64,000 nucleotides of DNA from the human T2T-CHM13v2.0 reference genome, Homo sapiens (GCF_009914755.1 NC_060939.1), one strand, 5' to 3'. Positions 13,690 through 44,528 are shown, numbered from the stretch's first letter. Numbers and translations are program-made. The notes: a model not told the origin generated them from the sequence alone.

Positions 13690-14130
13690 AGACTAAATAT
13701 TATGTGCTGCCTTGACGTCGGTAAAATCAAGAAGGCCTCAAATAGCCTAACCACAAGGTCTCCTCCAAGCTCTGCTCCCACAGATCAGGTCCCAAAGCCA
13801 AACAGCCTCCTTATGGCGGAGAGCTGACTCCAGTCTGCTCATCCCTGCCGGCCCAGAGTTATTCAAACAAGCCAATCACATCTTCCCATGGAAGCAAGGT
13901 CATCTCACCCTCCTGTTACTACAAATTTTGCCTTCCACAGCCCCTCGTGGTTCACTCTGTTCCCAAGTGCAGCCCCCGTGTGGCATGCGGTGTCCCCCAC
14001 CCCAGGGCTGTGAGCATGCATGACTAATAAACTGCTATTTCATCTGTCCAGTGTCGGTGTCCTACGTTCAGCCATCCCATATCCCTAGGGCAGGAATCTT
14101 CTAGGGTTATAAACAGAACTTTAATCAACC
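13690..14130 (+). mobile_element. ERV solo LTR-like element
   Basis: CCAAT at ~13872, AATAAA at ~14026 followed by U5-like sequence; inserted within old L1 sequence. Confidence 0.5.
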
Positions 14131-14169
14131 TCTCCTTGGTTATTTTACTGGTTCCATGATACAGCTTTT

Positions 14170-14940
14170 TCTGTGCAAAAGATCTGAACAGAAACTTCAC
14201 AGAGGATACAAGAGTGGCAAAGAAGAACACGATACTCAGCATTCTTAGCCATTACGGAAGTGCAAATTAAAACCACAATGAGATCCCACTAGACTTGTTA
14301 GAATGGCTCAACTAAAAAACACTGATAACACCAAGTGCTAACAAAGACACAGAGCAACAGAAACGTGACAGATTGCCAGTGGGAATGCAAACTAAAACAG
14401 CCACTTCGGAAAACAGTTCAGCACATGACCCAACTTTCACACTACTAGGTCTTTATCCTAGGGAAATGGAAACTATATTCACACAAAATCTGTACAGAAA
14501 TGCTCACAGCAGGATTACAATTGGGAAAGAAAAATGGAAACAACCACAAGGTCCTACAATAGCAGAATGGATAAACACCATGTGGTACATCCAAATGATG
14601 AAATACCATTCAGCAATAAAAAGAACTATTAATACACAGAACAACAACAAATCTCAAACATATAACTAGGAATAAATGAAGATGGTTTCAAAACGTTACT
14701 TAAAATATGGTTCCACTCACATGACATTCTCAAAAAGAATACCCTATACTGATGGAGAACAGATCAGTGGTTGCCAGGGTATGAGACCAGGGAACAGGTG
14801 ATAAAAAGGAGCAGCACAAGGGAGCTTTTGGGGTGATGACACGTCTCCGTCCTGATGATGATGAGGGTTACATGAATCTATAGAGATCAAAATTTACTCA
14901 ACTAGATACCACAATAAAATAAATTTCATATAAGTTTTTT
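14170..14940 (+). mobile_element. Old L1 (L1M) 3' fragment
   Basis: GCAAATTAAAACCACAATGAGAT, GAATGGATAAAC..TGTGGTACATCC, CAGCAATAAAAAG motifs. Confidence 0.8.
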
Positions 14941-14941
14941 A

Positions 14942-16415
<1,474 letters not shown>

Positions 16416-17311
16416 AGCAAACAACAAATTCATCAAAGGTAATAAATAAAACATATACTTTGGATTTTTCCATGTACTTAGCTTTTCTTAGAGCATCTTT
16501 TAGAATTATTGTTTCACAAAAAACACTTCGGGAAACGTTTTAATTTATTAACAAATACTGGAGGGCTAGAAAGAAGAGGTTAAAACTTTTTAAAATATAC
16601 AGAATGAATCACAGATACGTGAAAGAAAAAAGAAAAAAAGGTTGCTGACTCCTGCCATGGAAGGCACTATCATATGGACACTCTTAGCCTCAGCATCCGG
16701 AGGTCCAGAAAGCGAAAATTTCAAGTCAGAGAGAATTCTATATATACCATTTATTTGGAACCTTCAGCCCTTAAGATCCCAACATCATGACTTCAGTTTC
16801 AACACAATTATCCTTAGACCTTGTACTGGCTACAAACACAAAACAAATAGCTCGACTGAACTAACTCACCTCTCCAGAAACACAAACACAAGACCTCATA
16901 AAGTCAGTGAGTTTCTACAGGCCATGATTACTGCAACTTACTTCTCCAATTTTCCCCTCCACAGTTAACTCAACAGCTCAAAAACGATCAGTAACAAACA
17001 ACAGTCACCATGATATGGTTAGGAGTGTGGCAGATTTCTTAACCAGTAATAATAAATAGGAAAAAAATTTTGCCTACTAATAGATCTCAAGTTTCGTGCA
17101 CTTACAAGAAACTAATTAAAAGGCAGCCGCGCACGATCTACAAAAACAGCCATAAAGACTGTTACATTTTAAGTTACAGGAAATAAACCTGCTCCTCTAA
17201 TTCAGCAAGATACAACTGACTTCCCCTTACATACCCTAAAAAAAAGCTTTACACGAGAAATTTAAACATGGAAGCAGAAACACACCAAGAAAAAGACATG
17301 TCAAACCCCAC

Positions 17312-17414
17312 CTGTATATCTGTTTTCAACCATTTGGAGTCGAGGCGAGCCCGGGCAGCCAAACACAAAGATTCAGAGGGCATCTTTTCTCCAGCTTCCT
17401 CCCAGGTCTCAGGC
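17312..17414 (-). pseudogene. HERC2: HERC2 exon 2 copy (ATG at 17383; MPSESLCLAARARLDSKWLKTDIQ)
   Basis: TTGCAG acceptor, CAG|GTGGG donor; 72 coding nt; F>L and Q>R relative to recalled HERC2. Confidence 0.92.
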
Positions 17415-17799
17415 CTGCAAGTAAACACATACGTTGAAGACCTAACGCTTTTTAATAGTTTACAAAGACACTCCCGAAAGGTTCAATGCAGAAAGGAAAA
17501 AAGAGAGAGAGAACAGAAAGGGGGGAGAGAAGAGCTGGTGGAGGGGAGAGAAGGGGAGAGAGGGAAACAGGGAAGAGATGGAGGGAGAGGGAGGTGGGGA
17601 AGGGAAAGCCTCCTTCCAAGGTAGGCAGGGTGTGCCGAGTTTCTGCACCACGCTGACGAGACCTTGAGAATGGACGGTCACAGGAAGCCAAGTCACAATG
17701 TCATCCCCCTGCCCTCAAATCCAAGAAGTACACACATAACAGGGAGCCCATCGTTTTAACGACAAATGACAGCAGCATGAATCTGCCGCTTTACCCCAC

Positions 17800-22995
<5,196 letters not shown>

Positions 22996-24169
22996 TTGAT
23001 CTAGTTCAAAACCTCACTTTGAATCCACCCACATTGCTCTAAAATACTTTCATCTTTCCTGTGGCTAAAACCTTAAAGCCTTGCCAGTAACTCCCATTGC
23101 ACTTAAGGAAATCCAATCTCCCTTGTTGTGGCCCCTGAACAGGCTGCTGCTGGCCCACCACGGTGCCTCTAGTTTGTGTAAAATGCATATGTTAATTTAC
23201 AATAAATCATATGAGGCTTTTTTAGCTCTAAAAGGCTATTATTCACTAGTTGCTGTGTGAATCAGTATTTCTGGGTGCAGTTAGAAATTATTAGAGTTGA
23301 TGCCCAAGACTCATCTCCATCAGCACGGGGGAGGCATCTGCTCGTTTTATGGTCAGTGACTCTGGGCCTCCTGCTGGGCTTAGTCCTGAGGTGGGTCTGA
23401 CTCAGGTCAGGGCTGTGCACCCCGGCCCTCCTCCTCAACGTGCATGAGTGCTCTTTAGGATGGAGCTGAACACTGGCTTCTCAAAACCACTTGGCCCCAT
23501 CACAGGCCCTGAGAACTGATTGGGTCACTCTGGTGGGCTCCCCAGCCCTAGCCAAGAAGGGTTTCTCTAGGGAGCCTGGCCCCCCACTTATGAGACCTGG
23601 AGCCCCAAAGATCCTGACCAGGGGCCTGCCTCCTCCAGGGAGGGGCCACTCGCCCCCACCAAGCTCCCTTCACAGAGACCCATCCAACAGAGCTGAGGAA
23701 AACCATGCCTCATAAATGAATAAATACATAAATAAGGATGCCGGGGACCTGTGGATTTTGTAATTCCTGAAAGAAGGCAGAGTGGCTGGCTCACAGCAAG
23801 CGCAGTAGGAGATACTGCTCCCCGGCCAGGCTGTTCTCTGTCTCTTTGGAGGGAGCCCTAGGGTACAAGAAAAGCCAGAGGAGACCAGCTGGCCCAGAAG
23901 GTGCCTCTCCACCCCTTCCCCAGAGTTTCTGGGAAACAAAGCCCACCCGAGGGACACATGCCTTCTTGGGAGTTGTACCAGGCCTCCTTCCTCATCCGGC
24001 CATGCAGTGGTTTTCAGTGCCCGAAACAGATGAATAAAATAGGCCCTTTACTGGATGTTCTTCAGGAACATGCGCACTTCTTTGGATCTTACCATCGTTT
24101 TATCTCTATTTAAAGTTAAATGCTGTGTTATACAGAGTATTGGTAAAGATGTAGAGCTACAAGAACTGT

Positions 24170-27810
<3,641 letters not shown>

Positions 27811-28762
27811 TGTGTTATATGTGTCTAACAATTCATTGTCTAGTTAGAGTTGCTATTATACCACTTCAAGTGGATGGAGAGCCTCCCTGCCATCCATTAA
27901 TGTGCATTAATCATTTTGAGAGTGAAAAGATTTTTTAAAATGTTTTTACTCTTTTAGGTATGGCCAAGTGAGATGGGGCTAGTGAAATGGGTGGGAGAAT
28001 TGGAAGCTGATAGTGTGTGAGCTAGACACCCATGAATGCTTTTCCACTGGGCAGTTAGAGGGATGATAGGTAATAATATAAGGCAGCTCCATCACACAAG
28101 CTGGTGACTCCTGTGCGACAGACCAAGAGCTGCATTTGGAGATTCATTTCCGATTGTTGCGTTTCCTCTTAGAGCATTGCTTGGTCATCGTGTTCTGAGT
28201 GGTCCATTGGCCTCCATGTCCCTTTTGGGGTGGATATTTGCTCAGTGACTTTTGAGCAGCTGGATCTCCTGCTTCGGCAGGTGAGTGAGGGGATGGATGG
28301 CTCCGCGGACTGGCCCCCGCCCCAGGAGAAAGAGTGCGTGGCCGTGGCAACGCTGAATCTTCCCCGACTTCAGGTATTCGTGATTTCCCTTCCTCTTGCT
28401 CCTTTTATAAGTGTCTTAGCGATTTGTAAGAAGGTTTATGTATTTTGAAGGACATAGGTTTTAGCCTGTTGGGGGAAGTATTTTAAAGTAAGATTGTAAT
28501 GCACTAATAATGGACGCAAGGCTTAAAAAACTTGATCTGTTTATTTTATGTTTGTCCTGGAAGTCAGCCTCGGCATGCAGGAAGAGTGTATATGGATTGT
28601 GTTATTTTTGCTATAATCATTAGTTTGTTGGTATTCTTACTGTTTTACTGTTGTTGCGTGTGGAGAAATGACTGGGTGAGATCACAGGTGATGGAGAGAG
28701 ACAGCGCTCAGCTGAGAGACCAGTGCTGGCCTGTCTCTCCTCTGTCCTGTGAAAACCCTGCT

Positions 28763-28971
28763 CCAGGAGGGTCCAGTCTTTTGGTTTCCCTGGGCCACAC
28801 TGGAAGAAGAATTGTCTTGGGCTACACATAAAATACACTTATGATAGCTGATGAGCTTAAAAAAAGAATCCCAAAAATATCTCATGATGTTTTAAGAAAT
28901 TTTACTTTGGGCCACATTCAAAGCTGCCCTGGGCCACATGCTGCCCTCGGGCCGTGGGTTGAACAAGCTTG
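28763..28971 (+). mobile_element. MER30 (hAT-type DNA transposon remnant)
   Basis: CTTTTGGTTTCCCTGGGCCACA..GGAAGAAGAATTGTCTTGGGC...GGGTTG.ACAAGCTTG matches recalled MER30. Confidence 0.8.
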
Positions 28972-29954
28972 ATCTACTCAGTAAGCTCGGCTCCCAAAGC
29001 AATACCTTCCTTTCCTCACCATGAAGGCTGTGGTTAGGGTCAAAATAAAAGCTACAAAAGCCTTCCTCCCTAGCAAAACTAAAGCTGAAGTGTTTGATCA
29101 TCATCTTTTGTCTTTCTAATAAAACCCTCTAACTTAATGACAAGAACCACGGTTTTCTCGACATAGTAATTTTTCCCTTTTATTACAGTGGTTTCTTGTA
29201 ACAACCCGTCATGTCCCTCTTCCAGCCCCTCCCCTTTTTGCCCTGCTTCTAGAATGTACAGAACTGAGTGTAGTGTTTAGATGCAGTAATGAACTGAGCA
29301 GAGGTCTGGAGCATGCTTCTCCTCTAGTCCTCTGTAGCACTCATTTATCACCATACCTGTGGCATCCTGGCGTTTGCGTGGTTGCGCCCCAGGTGTTTGC
29401 TGCCCCTCCTGGTTTGCGGTGATGTGTCTGTTCTGGTCAGTGCTGTGGGGCGTGGCCTTGTGTATGTCTTAGGCTGTCGAGGTGTCCCAGCGTATGGTTT
29501 TGCATTTGCCTCTCCGGGGTCCTGAGGGTTCTGTAGGTTTCACAGACTCCAGGTGAGTTTCGGTGGTCATTTCCTGACCTGTGATATCTATACCTAGATG
29601 AGCGGTGTGCTTTTGATTTCACTTCTACTCACAGGGCAAGGCCGGGTCTCTGATTTCTCATGGGGCCTCTTGCTACCCAAAGCCTGGGACGGGCAGTGTG
29701 TTGCCCCCTGGCTGGGGTTGGCTGGCAGGCAGGTGATCCTGAGTGGCTCCCAGCCTTCTGCAGGAAGCTCGAGTTCAGTGGGTCCTTGTGTGCATTCCCG
29801 TGTGGGAGGTTGTGCTGAAGCCTGGCGGCTTGGCTCTGCTTTCAGAGCCCGGAACCTCTTGACTCCTGCTGTGTGTGCCCACGTGAATTTTGGTTTTGCA
29901 CTTGAGGAGTTTCCCTGTGTACTCTCAGCTCCGCAGTCTAATTTTTAGCAGCTC

Positions 29955-30215
29955 TTTTTTTTTTTTAGACAGGGTGTCACTTTGTCACCCAGGCTGGAAT
30001 GCAGTGGTACAGTCTTGGCCTGCCAGGTTCAAGTGATTCTCCTGCCTCAGCCTCCCAAGTAGCTGGGACTACAGGTGTGTACCATCACACCCGGCTGATT
30101 TTTTTATAGAGATGGGGTTTCATCATGTTGGCCAGGCTGATCTTGAACTCCTGATCTCAAGTGAGCTTTCCCGTCGGCCTCCCAAAGTGCTGGGATGACA
30201 GGCATGAGCCACCGC
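29955..30215 (-). mobile_element. Alu
   Basis: Poly-T followed by antisense Alu. Confidence 0.9.
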
Positions 30216-31526
30216 CTGTGGCAGCTTTTGTGGTTACATTGTAGCCATTATTTCTGTGTTTGGTGCAGATTGTTGGGGCGGGGTGGAGGTTGCTGTTGCT
30301 AGTTGTTTAGCTCTTCTGCTCATCTTGAGCTTTTCCATATATGTGTTCATAGTGGGGTTAAAAAAAATTCCTCTAGAAAATACTTCAACTATTGTGGGTA
30401 AGAGTTTTTTTAGTCCAGTTTTTAAAAATACGTAAACTGAGAAGTTATTTTGTCTATTTAGATAATACTTCAAATTGACTTTTATTCAGTGTTTAATAAG
30501 ACTTTGAAATTCACTCATTTTTAGGGGTTCTAAGTGAAAATTGTTTTTCTCCTTTCAGTTGCATGCTGCCATTAGTCACCAGGTTGACCTGGAATTCCTT
30601 GGTTTAGGTCTGGGCAGCGTCTTCCTGAACAGCCTGAAGCAGAAGGTGGTGACCCTGGCAAGCAGCGCAGACGTGCTGAGCACCGTGCAGTCGGCCTCCC
30701 AGGCCATGCTGCAGAGCGGCTGGTCCATGCTGTTGCCCACCGCTGAGAAGCAGGCCCGGGCACTCTGCTCTCCTGTCCTGCGGAGGTGGGCTCGGGGAAG
30801 GAACAGGAGAGGGCATGGGTCAGGGTGCTGGGAGGGGATGGCGTTTCACTCAAATTGGCACACACTTTCTATTTCAGTTTCAGGCAATGAAGTGAGCATA
30901 AGTCCAGGTCATCGATTGGTGATTGATCTTCTGGTGGGCAGCTTGATGGCTGATGGAGGGTTGGAGTCAGCCTTACACGCAGCCATTACTGCAGAGATCC
31001 AGGTATGGCCTTGGAGGCACACGTGACCTGGTGGTGGGCTGAGATCGGAAATACCACACTCACACATGTGAAGAATAACTGAAAACAGTAAAACACTAAA
31101 CTTATATCCAAGTATTTTTTTAAATTAAAATTCTTTTATGTGCTAATTTTAAAAATTATTGAGATGATTTGTGATAAAATACTGCATGTTGTCTGTTTCA
31201 GTGAAGTTAACAGGTAACCTGTTCCTCATGTAGACCATTCCCGTCACCCGGAAAGATCCCTGTGCTCCTTGGCACTTGCAGCCAGGATACTCCCCTGCCC
31301 TGAGATTAGATTCATTTTTCCTGCTCTGAGTGTCGCAGCAATATAACTGTATAGTATGCACTCTTTCCTGCTTTGCCTTGGAGAATGATTTTCAGATTCG
31401 CTCACTGTTGTGTGTATTGCGACTTCGTTTTTATTATTGGGAAGTTTTCCATTTTATAGGTGTAGTACTGTTTGTTAGTTCATTCTCCTATTGAAGGACA
31501 TGTAATTGTTTTTGGTTTTTGTTTTC

Positions 31527-37620
<6,094 letters not shown>

Positions 37621-40600
37621 TTTATTTACTTTGTATATCTCATCTATTACTGCTGCAGTTTGCAGAAGAGAGGATGCCCTCAAACCTAACTTCTCCAAAC
37701 CATCCCAAATGGGAAGTCTGCTCCACGTCAACAGCATTGTTGCTTTTAAAGACTATACGTCAACATGCCAGATTATAGCAAAAGGATGTCGAGGGAGCAA
37801 TAGGAAAGCAAGCCTGAGAGTCCTGGAGAGAAGGTGGCAGAGCTGCCTTTTGAAGGTGGTTCCTTCCTCAGACCCTGCCCTTCCTGCCTTGTTCCTCCAG
37901 TTGCCAGATTTGCTGTTGGAGCTCCTCCACGGGCGAAGAGGTGAGGCTGGACTGAGAGGGAGATGGAGAAGCTGCCAGAGATTCTTTTGGATCTAGAATT
38001 GAGACAGCAGTTCCAGCCAGGTCCAGAGGTGGGGGCTGTCACCCAGCCCCCAGGGGAATGGTACTGATTGCAGAATGTGGCGAGAACTCCCTGGCTGGGA
38101 GAGGGAGGTGCTTGCTCCCTTGAATCACCTGAGCCCAGGCTGGAAGGCCCAAGGGGGAGGACGAGGCCAGCTCACTCCAGCTCCATCCCCTCCCTTTAAC
38201 CCTAAGCTAGTTAACCCTCCCAGACTCCAGTCCTTTTTCCTAAGTGCCCTCCCTGCAAAGTCTGCACCGAGCAGCGCTCCCTCGCACCAGCTCACCCTGC
38301 ACTGTCTTGTCTTTCAGCAACCCCATGGGTTTGAACTTGAGACGATTCATGTTCCTAAAAGCCTCTTTGGGCTGAGGGAAGGCATGGGTGGCTCTGCCAG
38401 TTTTGGAGTGGGGGCCGACTCTTCTCAGAGCCGCTGCAAGGGCCAGGGCCACCCTCCCAGGCGGGTGTCTCTGGGCTGGGCAGCAGCTTTGTAGGCAGCC
38501 TGGGTCATCCCCACTGGTCTGGGAAGCTGGGGGTGCACCGGCTCCTGCTCCTGATAGGGCCAAGGCACCTTCCTTACCTAAGAGCTGACTTTCTTGAAGA
38601 GTGGGCACAGAGGAGCCGGCAACCTGGGCTGTGTAGGCACCCAGGAGAAAATCTGCAGCTCAGTATCAGAAGTCTCCACCAGCACGGCTGTTGCAGAGAT
38701 GGGGAAACTGGGCTGAGAGGGAAGGGGGCTTGCCCAAATCACCAGCCCTGGAATGTTTTGAGCTTTGGGGGTGGATCTCCCAGGAAACGTGTTTTTATGG
38801 CACCACCGCCTCTGGTCACCCACCCCGAGGTGTGGCGGGCCTGGACAGCCAGCTTGACTGAGGGCCAGGCTGGTGAAGTCAAAACTACCACTCAGGAAGA
38901 AGACCTAGCCCTTCTCCAGACAGAGTTCAAATGTGAGGACTGCCTTCTTTGGGCCTCAAATTCCCCACGTGAATTCCAAGGACCCCTCTAGCTCCTACAC
39001 TCTGGGCCAAGGTTTCCTCTGAGCCGCAGTCAGCCTAGAGGACCTAGGATACATCTTCCTTGGACAGAGACCCACCATAGGGGCAGCAGGAGGTAGGGGT
39101 GGGGGTAGGCAAGATTCCTGTGGGGAGGTGGAGCTGTCATCAGAGATGGTGTCTGCAGGCAGTGGGTGTATCGTGGCTCTGCTACTACTTGCTGGGTGGC
39201 CCCATGACGTTTCTTTCCCCACTCTGACCTCAGTTTCCCTATCTGTTCCGTGGAGATAAGATGCCTGCCTACATATTTGTGGACTGGGATGTGTGTGGGC
39301 CAGTTGCAGTGTTTCTTGGTGTGGTCCTGGGGCAGGCTGCACCACCCCATAGAGATTTCTGGGCCCCACCCTAGGCTCACAGGACCAGAATCTCTGGGAA
39401 TGAAGCCTGGGAATTTGCATTTCCACAGGCATCTGGCTGATTCTGACATGACTGAAAAGCACTAATAGTATATAGCAAGCTCTTTATAAAAGGTAAATTC
39501 ATAGCTGCCTTTTACTAAACATAAATCTCACCTTCCCTTCCTCAGTTAAGGACACACACCGCAGTTGAAAATCACTGTGCCTTTCCAGATGCAGAATCTG
39601 ACCTTTCCGATAAGATTCTGTTAACTGCTGCTTTCTGCAGTTTGTATTCCAAAACAAGGGGAATATGTTTCCATTTTTTCAATACAAATGTTTAAGTCGG
39701 ATATGCTTTCTCAAACTGGACACGCACTCACACAGCTTAGGGTTTCAGCTATGGCTTCCTCTCAAATTATTAGCCTCTTTCTGCCAGGGAGCAGTTTTTC
39801 CCAGACAAGACCCTGGACAGAGGTTGGTGGGGCCCTCCTCATCAGAATCACTAGATTATGACTGACCCCTAGAGGTGGCTTTTCTGCTTAAGTGTCAGCC
39901 CATGGGCTGGGTTGTGACCCCCAAAGCTGCGGCAGAAGCTTCCACCCATCCTGGGCCCCCCCTGCCATCTATGGGGAAAGGCCTGTCCCTTGTCTTCTGG
40001 GCCCAGCCGGCCTCACAGGCATTCAGCAGATTGGAAAGTCGAAGCATGTGCTGTGCTTGGCTGGGCTCTCCTGCGCCCCTTTTTGGGGTGAGGTGGAGTG
40101 CATCCAGCCCCCAGCATCCCTGCCGTTTATTCCCACCCCTCATCCCCAACCCCATACACACTCACAAGTACAAACACAAGCACAGTCACTGGCACACACC
40201 ACTCTGGACAGCACCATTTCCAGCCTCAGCGGGGCAGTTTCCTTACAGGGAAGTTAATGAGGCACTAACGAAGGCTCAGGGGACAGGGGGAACCTCTATC
40301 GAGAAGAGGCTCCTAGACCTGGTTCTGCCTCTGAATTGCTGGGGGTCCTTGAGAAAGTTGCTATCCCTCTCTGGTCTCAGTTTCCTCAGGTGAGAAATGG
40401 GGGGCCGGCCAAATGGTCTAAGGTTCTGGGAACCTCTAAATCAGAGCCCGTAGCTGGTGGTCAAGATGAGGGAGAGGCCCTCAGGGTCAGCCGAATGCCT
40501 GAGAGGCCGGACAGGCCCAAAGGTGAGCAACGTGAGCACATCAGGTGGGCTCAGAGCTGGCGCATGAGCCCCACAGCCTGCAGAGCAGCCCTGTACTCGG

Positions 40601-41452
40601 GAGCCCGCTCGCACCAACCCAGTGGGACTTCAGAGATGTGGGGTCCAGCCTTTCCTACTATTGCTGGGCTGAGGGCTGGGAGCTGCAGATTCTGACCCCA
40701 CAGCTGCCTTAGACATGCCAGATGGTCTGGGGCAAGACACACCCCTCTCTATGAAATGAGCAGCCAGTCCAAATAGGTACATTAGAGAAGGGCTGTGGGA
40801 TGGACCCAGCTGTAGCCTGGGGCTACAGACTGGCTTCCGGGGTACTCAAGCAGCTGGCCTCTGGGGTAGCAGCCCCAGGTATGAGAGGCAGGACTCAGAA
40901 TCTAGGCCAAGCCTCCATAGGAATCCCCTCTGGAGAGCCCGGGCACTCTGCAGGAGGGGCAGCAGGCAGCAGGTGCACCAGGAGCATGTTTCACAAGGTG
41001 CCCAATATCGCATCTGCTCAGATGGCACATGGATGGCAGGGGCAGAGTGCAGGTGGAGAGAACAGAAGGTGGGCAGGGCGGGGGAGGCAGGGACATGGCT
41101 GTAGCCGTGGAGATGGGAGGACAGACAGGACTTGGTGGCCACTTGGGTGAACCAAGGGAGGAGTCAGGAAGAGACACCCAGTTTTGTATCAGATGTGTAG
41201 AGCGTGGGATGCTGTTCATTGACGGAGGGAGGAGGAGGAGGAAGAGGTATGGCATGGGGAGGAGGTAGCTGAGCTCTGTCGTGAATGTCATTTGAAGTCC
41301 CCAGGGAAAGCCAGGCCGGCCAGCACCTTCACTGCTTCAGCCAGCTCTCAGGGTGTCTGTGCTCCCTGGCCCTCTCAGCTCCTGCTTCATAGCTGTCAGC
41401 TGCAGTGGGAGACAGCTGCACAAGGGCCCAGCATGTCTGTGTGTTTACCCAG

Positions 41453-41601
41453 GGGACTGCCGCATGGCCCATGCCGAGCAGAAACTGATGGACGACCTTC
41501 TGAACAAAACCTGTTACAACAACCTGATCCGCCCAGCCACCAGCTCCTCACAGCTCATCTCCATCCAGACGGCGCTCTCCCTGGCCCAGTGCATCAGCGT
41601 G
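41453..41601 (+). pseudogene. CHRNB4: Orphan CHRNB4 (nicotinic receptor beta-4) exon 2 copy
   Basis: 149-nt block CCCAG|GG...GTG|GTAGG encoding GDCRMAHAEQKLMDDLLNKTCYNNLIRPATSSSQLISIQTALSLAQCISV, close to recalled CHRNB4 N-terminus; other CHRNB4 exons not found. Confidence 0.9.
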
Positions 41602-43196
41602 GTAGGTGCAGAGGGTACCTGTGGCTCAGGCTCAGGTGAAGAGGCAGCTCATGCCCAAGCCCTAAGCAGTCAATGTCCAGAGGAATGAAATGACTAGAGT
41701 TGACTTAGACTCACCGGTACACGGTGGGGAGGCTGGAGGAGGGTCCATGAGGTTTATAGGTGTCCAGTATTTAATGAGGTCATGGTTTTGTTAACAAAGA
41801 AGAAATGAGGGTGGGAGCGAGATCACCACTGGCTAGGCAGCCAATGGGCCTGCAGAGACTCTGCTCAGCTGAGTCTCCAGCACGACCATGAGCTTCTCAT
41901 CCTGATCCTCCCATCCCCACCCTACTTTTCTCCCCCAGCTTGCTCAACAGGTGACCTTACAGGCTCCCTACTCTTTGCAGGGAATAAGAACCAGACTGGG
42001 GGAACTGACGGGTACAGAGGCCCAGGTGTAGGCGCAGGACCACAGGCAGTGAAGCGTCTACTGACCCAGGCGGGTGAGGGTCTGGAGAGTGGGCATGGCT
42101 GCTGCAGGCATGGAAAGCAGGCACAGATGGCGGCACTCCCAGGGCCCATTGTCAGGGTCTCCACATGTGGACGTGTGCAGAGGTGGGGGTGCTGAGGGAG
42201 GAGGGGCAGGGAATTTCTCATCTTCTCTCTACTGCCTCTGAGTTGGAGATGTCAGAGGGAGCCATGGCCCACTGTAAAGTAACACAATGTCCCCACCCAC
42301 AGGATTAGAACCCCTCCCCTGGAAGCAGCTCTGAGGGGAACAGTCACATGTAGAGAGTGCAGGGCACTGTGTCCAGCCGGGGGAAGGAGGTCACCAAGGG
42401 GGTTGACCCCCCTCTGGCCAGGTGGCTGCCTTCTGACACACCAGCCTCTGTCTCTAGCACGGTGGCCCCCACACACCCAGCCTGTGAAACCTACAGCCCT
42501 CAAGAAGGCTTTGGCCAAATTAAGGAGCGGCTCCCTCTCCCAGGAGGAAGCACAGGTGAAGGATGTGGAGGGCAGTAGAGTTGTGTGTGCTCCGCCCCCT
42601 TTCTCCACAGTCGGATGGAAAGAAGGGGGCTTTCAGCCAGGCTCGCCCAGGCTGGGGTCTGAGTGTCACTGTCCAGCTATTGGCTTCTTGCTTAATGGGT
42701 GAGCCCAGCTGCTCCCGTGCAGCTGCCGCCCTAGTGAGGGTGAACCGGCAGGCGAGTTACATTTCTGAAAGCCTGGGAATACAGTAAATATTAGGCTGTG
42801 GGCTGCTGGGCCAGGAAGAGTTGTTTATTTTTCAGGGTTTGTTTATCTATTGACTTGATGAGGGAGGGTTATAGGTACAACCAGTTTAAAGATGGAAATT
42901 TTGAGAGAGCAGGCAGGGATTTAGTGCTGGGTAAGCCTGGTCAAAGCGGCTCTTTTGGGGCGGCCAGAATCCAGTACCAATGTCCTCAGCATGTTCATCA
43001 GCTGCTGGGGGAGTGCGGGACAGCATGAAAGCACAGGAGAACTTTCTGGATGATAGAAATACTCTGTATCTTCAAAGGAGGTGGGTTCCATAGTAATGTT
43101 AAATGAGTTAAAACTCATCAAAATGTAAACCAGACCTGTGCATTTCACTAATAGAAATTATACCTCCAATTAAAAACATGTTTTAAAAGACAGATG

Positions 43197-43483
43197 GGCC
43201 GGATGCAGTGGCTCATACTTGTAATCCCAGCACTTTGGGAGGCTGAGGCAGGTAGATCACCTGAGTCAGGAGCTCGAGACCAGCCTGGAAAACATGGTGA
43301 CATCCTGCCTCTATTAAAGGTATAAAAAAAAATTAGCCAGGCATGGTGGCACACGCTACGCGGGAAGCTGAGGCAGGAGAATTGCTTGAACCCAGGAGGC
43401 AGAGGTTACAGTGAGCAGAGATCGTGCCATTGCACTAGAGCCTGGGCAACAGCGCAAGACTCCATCTCAACAACAACAAAAAA
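43197..43483 (+). mobile_element. Alu
   Basis: GGCCGGATGCAGTGGCTCA head, (CAA)/A tail. Confidence 0.92.
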
Positions 43484-44060
43484 AGGACAGATGAAGGTTT
43501 TCAACTTTCAGTAAAGGCAGAGGAGCTTGTTACAGATTCGCCTCCCCACAAGAGCAGTTAGAAAAACTGGATAAAAATGTGCCCCGCCCCCAATCAAAAA
43601 CAATTGTTGGAAGGTAATTGGAGACCTCAGTCAGGACTTGAGTGACCAGGCCTAGGAGGTGATCCTGACAGTCTGTAGTGCTTTCCCACATTTGGTGATT
43701 GGTCAACAGTAGAGGGCTAAGAGGCTAAGAAACTGAGTATGAAGTGGTAGTTAAGAGGCTGGAGAGCCTAGCTGAATGTTTGGCACTCTCACAGGGCTGA
43801 AATGACCTAATGAGAATTTGGGTCCCAGGAAGGAGATGGGACCTTGGTGGGGACCCTGGAAGGGCCACCCCTGGGAGTCCAAATGAATAAAACATAGACC
43901 AGCCATCAGAAAACCTAAAACCTGCTTTGAACCAGCTTAGTCCCAAAGTAGATGAAGGCGATCTGCCCTTACTCCAATTGTGTGCCATAAACTCAAAGTC
44001 AATACTCTCTGGAGGCAGATAAAAGTTTACTATGAATGTCAAAAGACAACACAAGACTAA

Positions 44061-44398
<338 letters not shown>

Positions 44399-44528
44399 TA
44401 AATAAAATTTTTTTTTCAGGTTTGTGCTCAGACTATATTCTAAACAGTCACATGGCGGCTTACTCTTCTCCAGGCCTTGCTGCCGGCTTTTACATGTTTA
44501 TTGTCTTTGCCTTCTTGTCATGTGCTCA

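Noticed and set aside
38200-38300. Possible remnant of CHRNB4 exon 1
   Set aside because: Only a few bases of resemblance; no start codon or donor in the expected arrangement.
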